NCBI GenBank assembly: GCA_963781885.1
Contig: CAWAHW010000002.1
Location: forward strand, 1,376,001 to 1,440,000
Length of the DNA: 64,000 bases
Source: an uncultured Spirochaetota bacterium
GTDB lineage: Bacteria > Spirochaetota > Spirochaetia > SZUA-6 > Fen-1364
Direction of reading: 5' to 3'
Part shown: piece by piece, positions 21,118 through 30,759 of the stretch
Layout of the letters: each line of letters starts with the position of its first letter
How positions within the stretch are numbered: the stretch's first letter is position 1
Notes under the pieces: generated by a model
What the model saw: the letters and a program-made list of their open reading frames with translations, nothing else
Database searches by the model: none
Told to the model about the DNA's origin: nothing
Position numbers and translations under genes: made by a program

Positions 21118-22270
21118 ACTCATCCTGGTTGCGCTTTTCTGCGCAGCGGCGACCCTGCCATACGCTGAGCCGCTTCTCGCGCACGCCCGCGCGCGGGAAA
21201 AAGCCGGTGACGCGGCCGCCGCTTCCGAGCTCTATGCCGCCTGGCTTGCGGCAAATCCTGGCGCCCCGGGCGCGCCGGCCGTCTTTTCAGACTGGTTCGG
21301 CGTGGAACAGGATTTTCCGCGTCTCGTCGACCTTTCCGTCTGGTTTCTCGATACGGCAAAGGGCGCGCCGGGAGCTGCCGTGCAATTCCTTCGGATTGCC
21401 CGGCTCCTGGATGTCTCGGCGCGCAGCGAGGAGGCCGCACGGGCATACCTGGCTGCCTACCGTGAAGGCGGACCTCCCTCGGCGCTCCTTTCCGCGTTCC
21501 TTCTTTCCCTGGAAATGAACGACATGCCCGGCATGGAAACGGCCCTGACGCAGCTCAACGGAAAAGGCGGTGCCGCGGAGCTCCTGCTTCGCGCTCTGCG
21601 TGCGCTGCAAGCCGGTGACGACGCTTCAGCGCAGGCGACGCTGGTCGGGCTTGCGGCCCAGACGGGCGAGCCCGATCTGGCCCTCAAGGCGATGTGGATC
21701 CTCTACCAGCGATCGGTCGCGCGCGGCGACGATGCGGGGCAGGCGGCGGCACGGTTGCGCCTCTCAACGCGTTTTCCAGATTCGCCCGAAACCGCCCTTG
21801 CCGTTGGCGCGCCTGTGTCGGCGGGGCATTCGGAGGTCGTGCTTTCTCCCACACCGGTGCCCGATCTTTTTTCGTTGCAGGCTGCGCCGCCGCCCGCCTC
21901 GGAAGGAACGCAGCCCCCGCTCTCTGCCCCGGCCGCACCGGTGAGTGCCGCGCCGGCTCCCGTGCCGGCGCCCGCCCAACCGGCGGCGGCCGCGCCCGCC
22001 GCATCGGCAAGCCCCGCGCTACCGGCGCCTGCCGCGGTTCAGCTTTACTCCGTGCAGGTCGGCGCATTTCAGATGCAGGAGAATGCCGACAACCTCGTCA
22101 ATGAATTGAAACAGCATGGCATCGCGGCCACCGTCATCCACGAAACGGCGCAGGGCAGGGACAGATACCGGGTGATGGCCGCAACAGGGCAGAATGCCGA
22201 TGAAGCGCGTGCAATGCTCCAGAAGCTGGGAAAGCTCGGCTACAGCGGATTCATCGTCGCGGACAAATAG
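21092..22270 (+). CDS. SPOR-domain protein with N-terminal helical/TPR-like region (start uncertain)
   Basis: Signal-like RRLILVALFCAAA, Pro/Ala linker, C-terminal YSVQVGAF...ENA...YRV...A......L.KLGYSGFIV. Confidence 0.8.
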   Translation, partial: LSARKPWRRLILVALFCAAATLPYAEPLLAHARAREKAGDAAAASELYAAWLAANPGAPGAPAVFSDWFGVEQDFPRLVDLSVWFLDTAKGAPGAAVQFLRIARLLDVSARSEEAARAYLAAYREGGPPSALLSAFLLSLEMNDMPGMETALTQLNGKGGAAELLLRALRALQAGDDASAQATLVGLAAQTGEPDLALKAMWILYQRSVARGDDAGQAAARLRLSTRFPDSPETALAVGAPVSAGHSEVVLSPTPVPDLFSLQAAPPPASEGTQPPLSAPAAPVSAAPAPVPAPAQPAAAAPAASASPALPAPAAVQLYSVQVGAFQMQENADNLVNELKQHGIAATVIHETAQGRDRYRVMAATGQNADEARAMLQKLGKLGYSGFIVADK

Positions 22271-22274
22271 CGGA

Positions 22275-23829
22275 TCAGCTCTTTGCGCTGTTCGATGCCT
22301 GCTGGAAAGTCAGCGTATCTCCGCTCGCGTCGACATAGCCGTCGACGGTGAGCTGAACGGGCGACAGCGTGAGCGTGCGCAGCGTGGCGCCGTTGCCCTT
22401 TTTCTGTTGGAAATCGAGCAGCCAGGAGCTTATCTGGCCGTTGGGCCGTGTCGGCGAAAAGAACCGGACGGTCATGATGGTCTTTCTTCCAAGCGTGAAG
22501 AGCACGTAGCTCCCGCTGCGATGGCCGTTCGCGTCGCTCCACGCGAGCTGGGGCGACTGGAAAACGATCGTGGCACCGGTGGCATCCGTGTACGTGCCGG
22601 AAAGGGCGAGCGCCGAAAGCCCGACATGCGCATCGGGTCGGTCGAGAAGCTTGGCCTGGATATCGGCATTCACCTTGGTGTATGTGACGGGATCGGCAAA
22701 ATTATACTCGTCACCGCTCACGATGCCGCTCATGGCGACGTCGATGGTGTCGATCGCTTCGATGGTGATCTTGAAGCGGCGCTCCAGCTTGAACTGAGGA
22801 ACGATTTCGCTCACACCGGTGGCCTGGATGGTCTTGTAGATCGTGCGGTGGGACTCCTGCCACGAATAAGCCTCTTGCGCGTTTCCCGAAAGGATGCTGA
22901 TCGTCCTCCCCGCGGGATCGAAATCGATGATCTGGCCGTAGGTGTCCTCGCCGCGGCCGCCGGCGGCGGGAATGACCTGCACCCAGGAGCCGGAGATGAA
23001 CTGCTCGAATGCCTGGTCATTGGAGCTCGTGAACAGCGCCTGGAGCTGCGCCGCCTGCACCGTGTCGGCAGGGATCTTTTCCGCGGCGCCGGGCACGTAG
23101 CGTCCTTCCGCCGCATTCCAGGTGTAGCGGATGCGCACGAGGTCCATCACGTTCTGCGAGTCGGGGTCCTTCAGGAGAACGGTGATGGGGAAGCTCGGTC
23201 CCGGGCCCTGGTTGCTTGCATAGCTGTCGGGCCGGTCCGTCTGGTCGATGGAGATTTCATCTGCCTCGATCTGGCAGATTGCCTTGTACGTCAGGCCCTT
23301 GCCCTGGCTGGCCGGAAGGGGGCGGAAGACGTCGAGGGTGAGCTTTCCCGCCTCGTTCATGCCGCTGGCGACGATCTGGGTCGTGTGGTCGCCGATGAGG
23401 TCTTCCAGGCCCAGGGAAAAGGTGCGGCCGTTTGTCGCCGTGAGGTTTGTGTCCCAGCTCTGAAAATAGTAGTTGCCGTGGCCGGAATCGGTGTCCGCAA
23501 TGAACAGGTGCACGAAAGAGCCGATATCGTCCATGCGCTTCGCGGCAATAACCTGGTCCTGGTCGCTGTTCGCGTCGAGATTCGCGTTCGCGACCTGAAG
23601 GATGGTGTAGGACGGGTCGATGGAGATCCGGGGACGGGACGCGGCCTGGTCCGCGCTCATCTCCGCGTTGCTGCCCCCGGGGGCATTCGCCGCGACGCCG
23701 CCCGGCGGCTGCGGCACGATGCGCACCGGCCCGGCGCTTTCCGGTGCGCTGGCAGGCGATGCACGCCGCGCAAAGGAAGACAATGCCGGCTGTCCGCAGG
23801 AGAGCCGCCAGGCGCCGTGACGCGCTCAC
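22275..23829 (-). CDS. Pallilysin-related adhesin-like lipoprotein (frameshift near 23742)
   Basis: GTG start overlapping upstream stop; lipoprotein signal ...VFLCAACIAC in one frame, mature domain (NLDANSDQDQVI, DLIGDH...I..SG, DLVRIRYTWN) in the next. Confidence 0.7.
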
Positions 23830-24808
23830 GTGAAATATGCCTTCAGCCTGTCGAGCACGATTTTCTTTGTCGCCTCCAGGCCGTCCCGGCATTTGAAGCC
23901 CGCGGCCGTCTTGTGGCCGCCCCCGCCGAATATCTGGGCGATCTCGGCGACATCGATATTTCCCTTGGAGCGCAAGGAACAGCGGAGGAGACCCTCGAGG
24001 TTCTCCTTGAAGAATACGGACACGCGGATATCCTCGCTTTTGAGGGGGATATTGATCAACTGGTCGGCTTCCTCGTAATTGGCACCCGAATCAATGACCA
24101 TCGTCCTTGAGCATTGTCAAGATCGAGACGTGATTGTCGTAGACGAGCTCCAGCGTGGAGAGCACGCGCGACTGGAGCACGAGCGCGGAGATGGAGTTGC
24201 TTTCGTAGATCTTCGCATAGACGTAATTCGGCTCCACTCCCCGGGACACGAGGTCACGCGCGATCTCGAATGTGAGGGCGGTTGTTTTCGGATAGATGAA
24301 AGAACCGGTGTCATAGACGATGCCCGTGAAGAGCGCAAGTGCAATCTCGTAGTCTATCGCGACGCCCATGGCGACGAGGATGCGGTAGATGATTTCCGAC
24401 GTCGAGGAGGCGCTCTTCTGGATGAAATTCCCCGTTGAGATATCCTCTTCCTGCTCGTGGTGATCGATGATGAAATGATCGCGCGACGCGCGGGAGAACA
24501 AGCTTCGCGATCTGGCCGATGTTGTTCACGTCATTCGTGTCCAGCATCAGGAGCGACCACTGCGCGATGTCCGCGGGGAGCTGCTCCTCCCTTTCCAGCA
24601 CGCCGACGATCTTGTCGGAATCCAGGTAGGCGAATTTCCGCGGCGTCGGATCCGCGTTGAGGATGATGGCTTTCTTGCCCTGGCTTCGCAGCGCCCGCAG
24701 CATGGCGCATTCGCTTCCGATGGCGTCCCCATCAGGGGTCTCGTGCGCCGTGATGACGAAACGTTCCGTGCGGGTGAGGAAATCGATGGCGGTCTGGAAT
24801 TCGTTCAT
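23826..24808 (-). CDS. nrnA: DHH/DHHA1 phosphoesterase (NrnA-like oligoribonuclease/pAp phosphatase); two apparent +1 errors near 24485 and 24106
   Basis: HETPDGDAIGS, LDT, IIDHH, SSTSEI, GIVYDTGSF, SLRSK, GGGGHKTAAG distributed over three frames. Confidence 0.85.
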
Positions 24809-25987
24809 GCCGATTCCCCGGCTTCCGTTGCGACGGCCAGGCGCCGCAGGCGCGGGGTCGCCGAGGATGCTCGTGCCGCGGCGCAGCACCTTCAGCTTGC
24901 GCAAAGTGGACGGGGAGACGCCCTGCGCCACGTAGCTCGCTGCCTCCGCCTGGAAACCATTGGGAATGTCGACATTGGCGCCGATCACCGCGATGCCGTC
25001 CCGGATGTGCGTGGGGAAATCGGCGTTTTTCATGGACGATGTCTTTGCGCCGATTGCGCAATTGTCCCCGATATTCGGACCCGTGCGCGGCGCGTCCGAC
25101 GCATAGGGGAGAATGAGCGCGTTGTGGATCTCGGTGCCGCTGCCGATGCGATTGCCGTTCAGGACGACCGAATGGGAAACGAGCGCATGACGGCGGACCA
25201 CCACGTTGGGGAAAATGATGGAATCCTCCACCCGGCCTTCCACCTCGACGCCCGAGGCAAGCCATGAGTTCCTGATGCTCCCCTTTTCACCGATATGGGA
25301 TTCGGCACCCTTGTCGGCGAGCTCGGGCAAGCGGGCGACGGCCGTGTGGAACCGGGCGTCCTCGCAGTGCGAGACGACCCAGATATTGTTCGTGTAGTAA
25401 TCCATGAGATCGTTGTAGAAAAGGATTTCCCCCGGAAGGTCTTCGATCAGGTCGATGGCCCCGTGCAGCACCCCCTCGAACAGGCCGTCGCGAAGACCGC
25501 GGCGCCCCCCGTTGCGCTCCGCGGCCGCCGCCAGGAGACGCGTCATGCGGGGACGCGGGGCGCAGTACATGTCAATGGGCGTGCGACCCACCGATATCTT
25601 GACCAGCTGGTCGGTCGTTGCCGAGACGAGGCCGCGCAGCGCACCCGCCTCCATGAGGCAGACGCTGGAAAGCGCCGCCAGCACGATGTGGTCCGCTCCG
25701 GATGCCTCCACCATGGTCGCGAGCTCGGCGAGCCCTCCCTCCAGCACGTGCGCGCGTACGATCTGCTTTTTCCAGCGCGAGGTGAGCGCCAGGGCCGCGT
25801 CGCGGGTGCCCTCCTCCAGCACGATGCTGAACTGGAGCTCGGGGCCAAGGCCGAAATTCGCCAGGGCGAAATCGATCAGGCAATGGGAGCCCCAGAAGGG
25901 GAGGAGAGAAAAATGAAAAGTATCCCCAAAACCCGGCAGACCCTGCTGCGGCCCGATATCGAAGAAAAATACGGCGGTCGTGCCCAG
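24809..25987 (-). CDS. GlgC/GlgD-like protein (degenerate nucleotidyltransferase plus left-handed beta-helix); reads in frame into the DHH gene
   Basis: ORF extends upstream to a CTG at 25987: LLPFWGSHCLIDFALANF resembles AVPFGGRYRLIDFALSN; LbH repeats IRNSWLASGVEVEGRVEDSIIFPNVVV; no GGxGxRL loop. Confidence 0.65.
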
Positions 25988-25988
25988 T

Positions 25989-27377
25989 CTATTTCTTCCT
26001 TTCCTTCGACTGCACCTTCATCGTCAGGGCCTTCCCGTCTTCCGCGCGCAGGGCAAAGGATTTGCCGCGCGCATCAGGGGGAATATCCGTGAGCTTCGGG
26101 AAACGGTCCTTCTTCAGAACCCCTAGCAGGATCCTGCCGTCCTTCAGAGAGAATTTCGCGATGCTCCGGCCCGTCCTGTTGCCGACCAGCGTGAAGGCGC
26201 CCTTGCCCTCCGTGAGGAAAAGCTCGCGCCGGCCGCGCAGCGCCACAGGCGCATCGGTGAGGGGCTTGTCCTGGATGAGCACGCCGAACCGGACGGGCTT
26301 TCCCGCGGTGAGGCGCCAGATCAGATAGATCACAGCGGCAACGATGATGAGCAGGAGGACGATCGCGGCAATGAGGACGATCAGGTTGTTCTGTATCCAG
26401 CCGGCAACGGTGAAGGATACGGAAGGCTCGGCCGGAGAGAAGCTCTGGCCGGCGCCGAACGTGAAGAATATCGTTCCGCTCAGGCTCCCCGGCTGCGGTA
26501 CGGAAGGGAAGGCAAGCGGAATGGAGACGGCAGTCGACCCGATCTTCTTCACCGTGAAGGTGAAGGGGGCCTTGAGGATCTGGGGGGCGGGGGTCATGCC
26601 CGTCCGCGCCTCGATACCAACCACTGTCACCTTCGTATCGTCCTTCAACCCGCTCGATGTCAGGGTGAATGAAACGCTGCTGCTGCCGTCCGCCCTGATG
26701 GGGCTGACGCGGGCAGCGCCTTTCATCTCCACGGTGGCGAAGAGGCTGCCCGCCTGCTGGTCCATCGCGCCGACGTTCGTGATCTCGTTGTACGATCCCT
26801 GGAGCTCCTTTGCGAGATCTTTTGCCGCGGTGTCCGTTCCGATGCCGAGGATCATCACCTTCCATCCTTTTTGCTGGATGGTTTTCGTATTGGTGAGGAA
26901 CTCGTGGTTGAACTGCCCGTTCTTTGAGTAGTACTTGCTCGTGGCGGGCGCCTCCTGGATACCATCAGTCAGGAGGAGGACGTATTTCTCCCGCCCATCG
27001 GATTCCCGCGCCGCCACCTGGGCCTTCACCGCGTCGAGCGCGTTGCCGATGTCCGTGAAGGCGCCGTTCCCCTTGATGCCGGATATCAGCTTCTTCAGCG
27101 CCGTCTTGTCCGCATCGTCCTTGATCTGCTGCGAAACGATGACGTCAGCCTTTCCGTAGAACTCGACCACGATTAAATAGTCACCGGGGATGAGCAACTG
27201 GTCGACAATGGAGCTGTTGACCCACGATTCCACCGCGCCGATCTTGTTCTCCATCGACAGCGACTTGTCGAGGGCGATTACGACGTCGATGTTGCTTGTT
27301 CGGGTATCCGCCAGAAGAGGGGCCGCAAGGCCTGCGCAAAGCGCCGCGACGATCAAAAAGGCTTTCCGGACTCTCAT
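25989..27377 (-). CDS. Exported VWA-domain protein with TM anchor and cytoplasmic tail
   Basis: Signal peptide; MIDAS DKSLSM, FTDIGNAL, LLTDG; TM helix LIVLIAAIVLLLIIVAAVIYLIW. Confidence 0.88.
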   Translation of the reverse strand: MRVRKAFLIVAALCAGLAAPLLADTRTSNIDVVIALDKSLSMENKIGAVESWVNSSIVDQLLIPGDYLIVVEFYGKADVIVSQQIKDDADKTALKKLISGIKGNGAFTDIGNALDAVKAQVAARESDGREKYVLLLTDGIQEAPATSKYYSKNGQFNHEFLTNTKTIQQKGWKVMILGIGTDTAAKDLAKELQGSYNEITNVGAMDQQAGSLFATVEMKGAARVSPIRADGSSSVSFTLTSSGLKDDTKVTVVGIEARTGMTPAPQILKAPFTFTVKKIGSTAVSIPLAFPSVPQPGSLSGTIFFTFGAGQSFSPAEPSVSFTVAGWIQNNLIVLIAAIVLLLIIVAAVIYLIWRLTAGKPVRFGVLIQDKPLTDAPVALRGRRELFLTEGKGAFTLVGNRTGRSIAKFSLKDGRILLGVLKKDRFPKLTDIPPDARGKSFALRAEDGKALTMKVQSKERKK

Positions 27378-27512
27378 GTGGCCACCTCTTTGAATAATTT
27401 ACTTGTAGGATGCACCAAATTTGGATAAAATGGAAGGGGAGAAAAAAGTGCTTGCCAGAGATAGCCTTTTGTGGTCTACTAGGTTCGAATAAACTGAGAA
27501 AAGGAGATAACT

Positions 27513-29546
27513 ATGGCTGCTATTGACCTTCCGAAAAGCCCGAATGTGTTCCATCCGGAAAAGCCGAGCGCCGTCGGTTCTCGAAACTCGCTGGCCCAGG
27601 AGTTCAGGGACCAGCAGGCCGAGGTCGACCTCCTCATGTCGGAAGAAGTCGACAAGGTCATGAACCATATCTCCTCCAAGCTCCCCAAGGAAGTGGCGGA
27701 CAAGCTCGACATCATGGGCGGCATCAAGGAGAAGCTGTACAACTACTTCAACCAGAACTACCAGAACATGTTCAACCGCTTCATCGTCACATCGGAAGAC
27801 GAGATGGTGAAGAAGGTCAGGAACTTCATCGACAAAGAGGAAATGAAGACCCTGGCCCGCTACACCCCCAAGGAGATCGCCGCGCTCCTGGACCAGGTCG
27901 GCGGCATCGACAAGTTCAACACGGGCGAAATCGAGAAATCGATCGTCAACATGTACGGCCATTTGCAGGGCCACATCCAGCGCGGGGTGAACGACCTTGA
28001 GAACGTCACCAACTCCCTCCTGCGCCAGAAGACGGACGTCGGCGCGTTCATCCGCGGTGAGAACGCCTATTCCATCGTGAAGTGCTCCTTCAAGGACAGC
28101 GCCTTCAAGCCGAAGACGGTCACCGACGTGAAGCTCTCCGTGAACATCCTCGACTCGGAGCTCATCAGCCCCATCTTCCACTACCAGGTGACGGTGGAGT
28201 TCCTGGTGAAGGACCTCATCTCCAAGAACATCCTCGACCTGATCGACAAGGAGATCGAGAAGCTGAAGGACCAGGTCGTTGATGAAGGGCGGGAAGAGCT
28301 CTCGGACGGCGAGATCCTCTTCGAGAAGATGAAGAGGGTGGAAAAGTTCACCTCGGATGAAAAGGACGACGCACGGTCCAAGAGGTACTCTTTCTTCGCC
28401 AAGGCTCTGATGGACAAGATCGAAGGCCTCCGCGCGGAGATCGATCCCGAGGAATATGATCCGGTGAACATCCGTGAGAACCTGAAGCGGATCATCGACA
28501 TCGAAAACATCAGGAACCGCGGCTTCAACACGGCCATCAACTCCATCACGTCCATCCTCGACACCTCGAAGATGGGCTACCAGCACGTGGAGAACCTCAA
28601 GAACGCCCGTGAGCTGATCCTCCGCGAGTATGAGGACACGGACGACGCGCACCTGCCCGACGAGCGCTACGCCATCCGGCTGAAATATTACGATCAGGCG
28701 CAGCTCCTGGAAGAGCGCAAGGCCTACGACGTGCAGGCAAAGAGCTTCGAGGTGGAAGTGCTGCACGTGTGGGACGTGCTGGACATGGTGTATGAGGATT
28801 CGAAGTTCCTGAAGGGCGTCGTGGATTTCGAAGACCTCGCGCGCAAGCTGAAGGGGAAGATCAAGAGGCGGATCAAGGCGCGCACCGGCGACCCGCTCTA
28901 TGAAGACATCGAAAAGAGCTGGACGGAAGTCACCTTCATCAAGCCGGGGGACACGGACGTCGAGCGCATGAACCGCACCTATATCTCGGAGAAGGACGAC
29001 CTGAAGCGCCGCATCATCCTGATGCGCGACAAGCTGCAGAAGCTGTATGGCTACCGCTACCCCATCCAGCGCCGCGTCATTGAAGACAGGGTCGCGTTCC
29101 TTGAAAAGCAGTTCCTCAGGTTCGAATACCTCATCAACCCGTACCACATCCAGCCGGGGCTCCTCCTGGACGTGAATATCACGTCCATCAAGAGGAAGAA
29201 GGCCACACTGGACGGAATGGCGAATGTTTTGAACGAATTCCTCTACGGCGTATCCAAGGGATTCCAGGACGCGGCATTCGCATCCTTCTCCCGCCGCCGC
29301 TCGACGGTTCGCGCGGACATCGCGCAGTCCTTTGCCGCCAGCGCGCCGGAAGCCCCGGCCGCCGAAGGCAAGAAGTCGGAGTACCTCGACATGCTCAACG
29401 TTCCGGCCGCTGATGCAAAAGTAGCAAAAGCTGCGGAGCAGGGCGTCGTCGACGTGGCACCGCGCCGCCGGCGCGGCCGCCCTGCCAAGCAGGCGCGGGG
29501 GAGGCCGCGGAAGGGCTCCGGAGACGTAGGGCTCCGAGAAATCTGA
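27513..29546 (+). CDS. cfpA: Cytoplasmic filament protein A
   Basis: N-terminus [30 protein letters not shown] matches treponemal CfpA as I recall it; 677 aa, coiled-coil rich; AGGAG SD; strongly biased codons. Confidence 0.95.
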   Translation: MAAIDLPKSPNVFHPEKPSAVGSRNSLAQEFRDQQAEVDLLMSEEVDKVMNHISSKLPKEVADKLDIMGGIKEKLYNYFNQNYQNMFNRFIVTSEDEMVKKVRNFIDKEEMKTLARYTPKEIAALLDQVGGIDKFNTGEIEKSIVNMYGHLQGHIQRGVNDLENVTNSLLRQKTDVGAFIRGENAYSIVKCSFKDSAFKPKTVTDVKLSVNILDSELISPIFHYQVTVEFLVKDLISKNILDLIDKEIEKLKDQVVDEGREELSDGEILFEKMKRVEKFTSDEKDDARSKRYSFFAKALMDKIEGLRAEIDPEEYDPVNIRENLKRIIDIENIRNRGFNTAINSITSILDTSKMGYQHVENLKNARELILREYEDTDDAHLPDERYAIRLKYYDQAQLLEERKAYDVQAKSFEVEVLHVWDVLDMVYEDSKFLKGVVDFEDLARKLKGKIKRRIKARTGDPLYEDIEKSWTEVTFIKPGDTDVERMNRTYISEKDDLKRRIILMRDKLQKLYGYRYPIQRRVIEDRVAFLEKQFLRFEYLINPYHIQPGLLLDVNITSIKRKKATLDGMANVLNEFLYGVSKGFQDAAFASFSRRRSTVRADIAQSFAASAPEAPAAEGKKSEYLDMLNVPAADAKVAKAAEQGVVDVAPRRRRGRPAKQARGRPRKGSGDVGLREI

Positions 29547-29561
29547 TTAGGCGGGTAATCG

Positions 29562-29597
29562 AATGGTGACCCTTCGGGGTCACCATTTTCATTTCTA
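29562..29597 (+). terminator. Intrinsic terminator or stabilising hairpin after cfpA
   Basis: 11-bp stem AATGGTGACCC-TTCG-GGGTCACCATT followed by TTCATTTCT. Confidence 0.75.
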
Positions 29598-29659
29598 TCG
29601 CGCGCGTGCGCATTTTCCTTTCCAGCGCGGCGTACGCGATGAGGATAGAGGGGAAACAG

Positions 29660-30739
29660 ATGCCGGAACAAGTCCATGCTTTCGACGAGCTTGCCACACG
29701 GGACGGTTTCAACCGATCCCTCAGGCACTTCAAGTTCATTTCAACAGTCATCGGGGCTTTTGAATCGAGGCGCAACATCGCCGACACCTTGAGCGAATGC
29801 CTTGCCGACAAGAGCATCGAGCCACGGCAGGTGCTGCCGACGCTCAACGCGATCCTCGTCGACAAGTATCACTATCTCTGCCGGTCGCGAAACCTCACGG
29901 AAAGCTTCGAAGATTTCGACTCCCTCACGCAGACGGTGGGCACCTGGCGCGCGGTGGACCTCGTGGTGGCATACTTCCACCCCGAGCTCGGCGTCGTGGT
30001 CGTCAACCCGAAGAACCGCGAGCATTGGGAGGTCGTCCGCGCGCTGAAGAAGAACGAGCTTGTCGCCGTCTTCGCCGGCGCATTCGGCGAGACGGAGGAT
30101 CACGACAAGAAGTACGCCGACGCCATCACGCTCCTGATCGCCCTCATGGAGGGCGGGAAGGTGAAGACGCCGGCCGTCCTCACAAAAGGCAAGTTCGTGT
30201 TCAAGAAGGCAGCGCCCGTGGCGCCGCCGGCTCCTGCAAAGGCCCCGCGCAAGGCGACGCGGGGAAGACCCGCCAAGGCGTCGCGCATCGACCTGAGCGC
30301 CGCCGTCGCCGCGGCTCCTGCCGCGAGCCTTCCCGCGTACTCGTCGGCGCCGACGACGGCCCTCGCGCCCGCGCCGTCGGCCGCCCCCGCCGCGCCTTCC
30401 GGCGCGCCGAAAAAGATGACGCCGATGTATTCCATCCCCGTGACGAATGAGCTCTTCCACAACGGCAATGTGGAGGCGTGGAAGAAGATCATTCAGAGCT
30501 ACACCACGAAGTATCCGGGGCTGGACGTGTACGTCTTCTACGAGGGGGAACGCATCCACGACATCAACACCCTTTTCAAGTGGGGGAAGGTGAAGCACGG
30601 CAGCGCCATCATGATCGCGGTCGCCGGCGACGACATCCGGGACGTGGCGAAGCTCCAGCGCTACCTGAAGCAGGGCGCCAGCCACATGTTCGAGGCATTC
30701 CTCAAGGCGCAGGTCGGCGCGATCCTGAACCTGTTCTGA
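29660..30739 (+). CDS. cfpA-adjacent conserved protein: N-terminal domain of unknown function, Ala/Pro linker with AT-hook, C-terminal HPr-like domain
   Basis: C-terminal VTNELFH...KYPGLDVYVFYEGERI...NTLFK..GKVKHGSAIMIAVAGDD aligns by eye to HPr; GAGGG SD. Confidence 0.75.
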   Translation: MPEQVHAFDELATRDGFNRSLRHFKFISTVIGAFESRRNIADTLSECLADKSIEPRQVLPTLNAILVDKYHYLCRSRNLTESFEDFDSLTQTVGTWRAVDLVVAYFHPELGVVVVNPKNREHWEVVRALKKNELVAVFAGAFGETEDHDKKYADAITLLIALMEGGKVKTPAVLTKGKFVFKKAAPVAPPAPAKAPRKATRGRPAKASRIDLSAAVAAAPAASLPAYSSAPTTALAPAPSAAPAAPSGAPKKMTPMYSIPVTNELFHNGNVEAWKKIIQSYTTKYPGLDVYVFYEGERIHDINTLFKWGKVKHGSAIMIAVAGDDIRDVAKLQRYLKQGASHMFEAFLKAQVGAILNLF

Positions 30740-30759
30740 TCTGAAAGGGAAGGACACAG

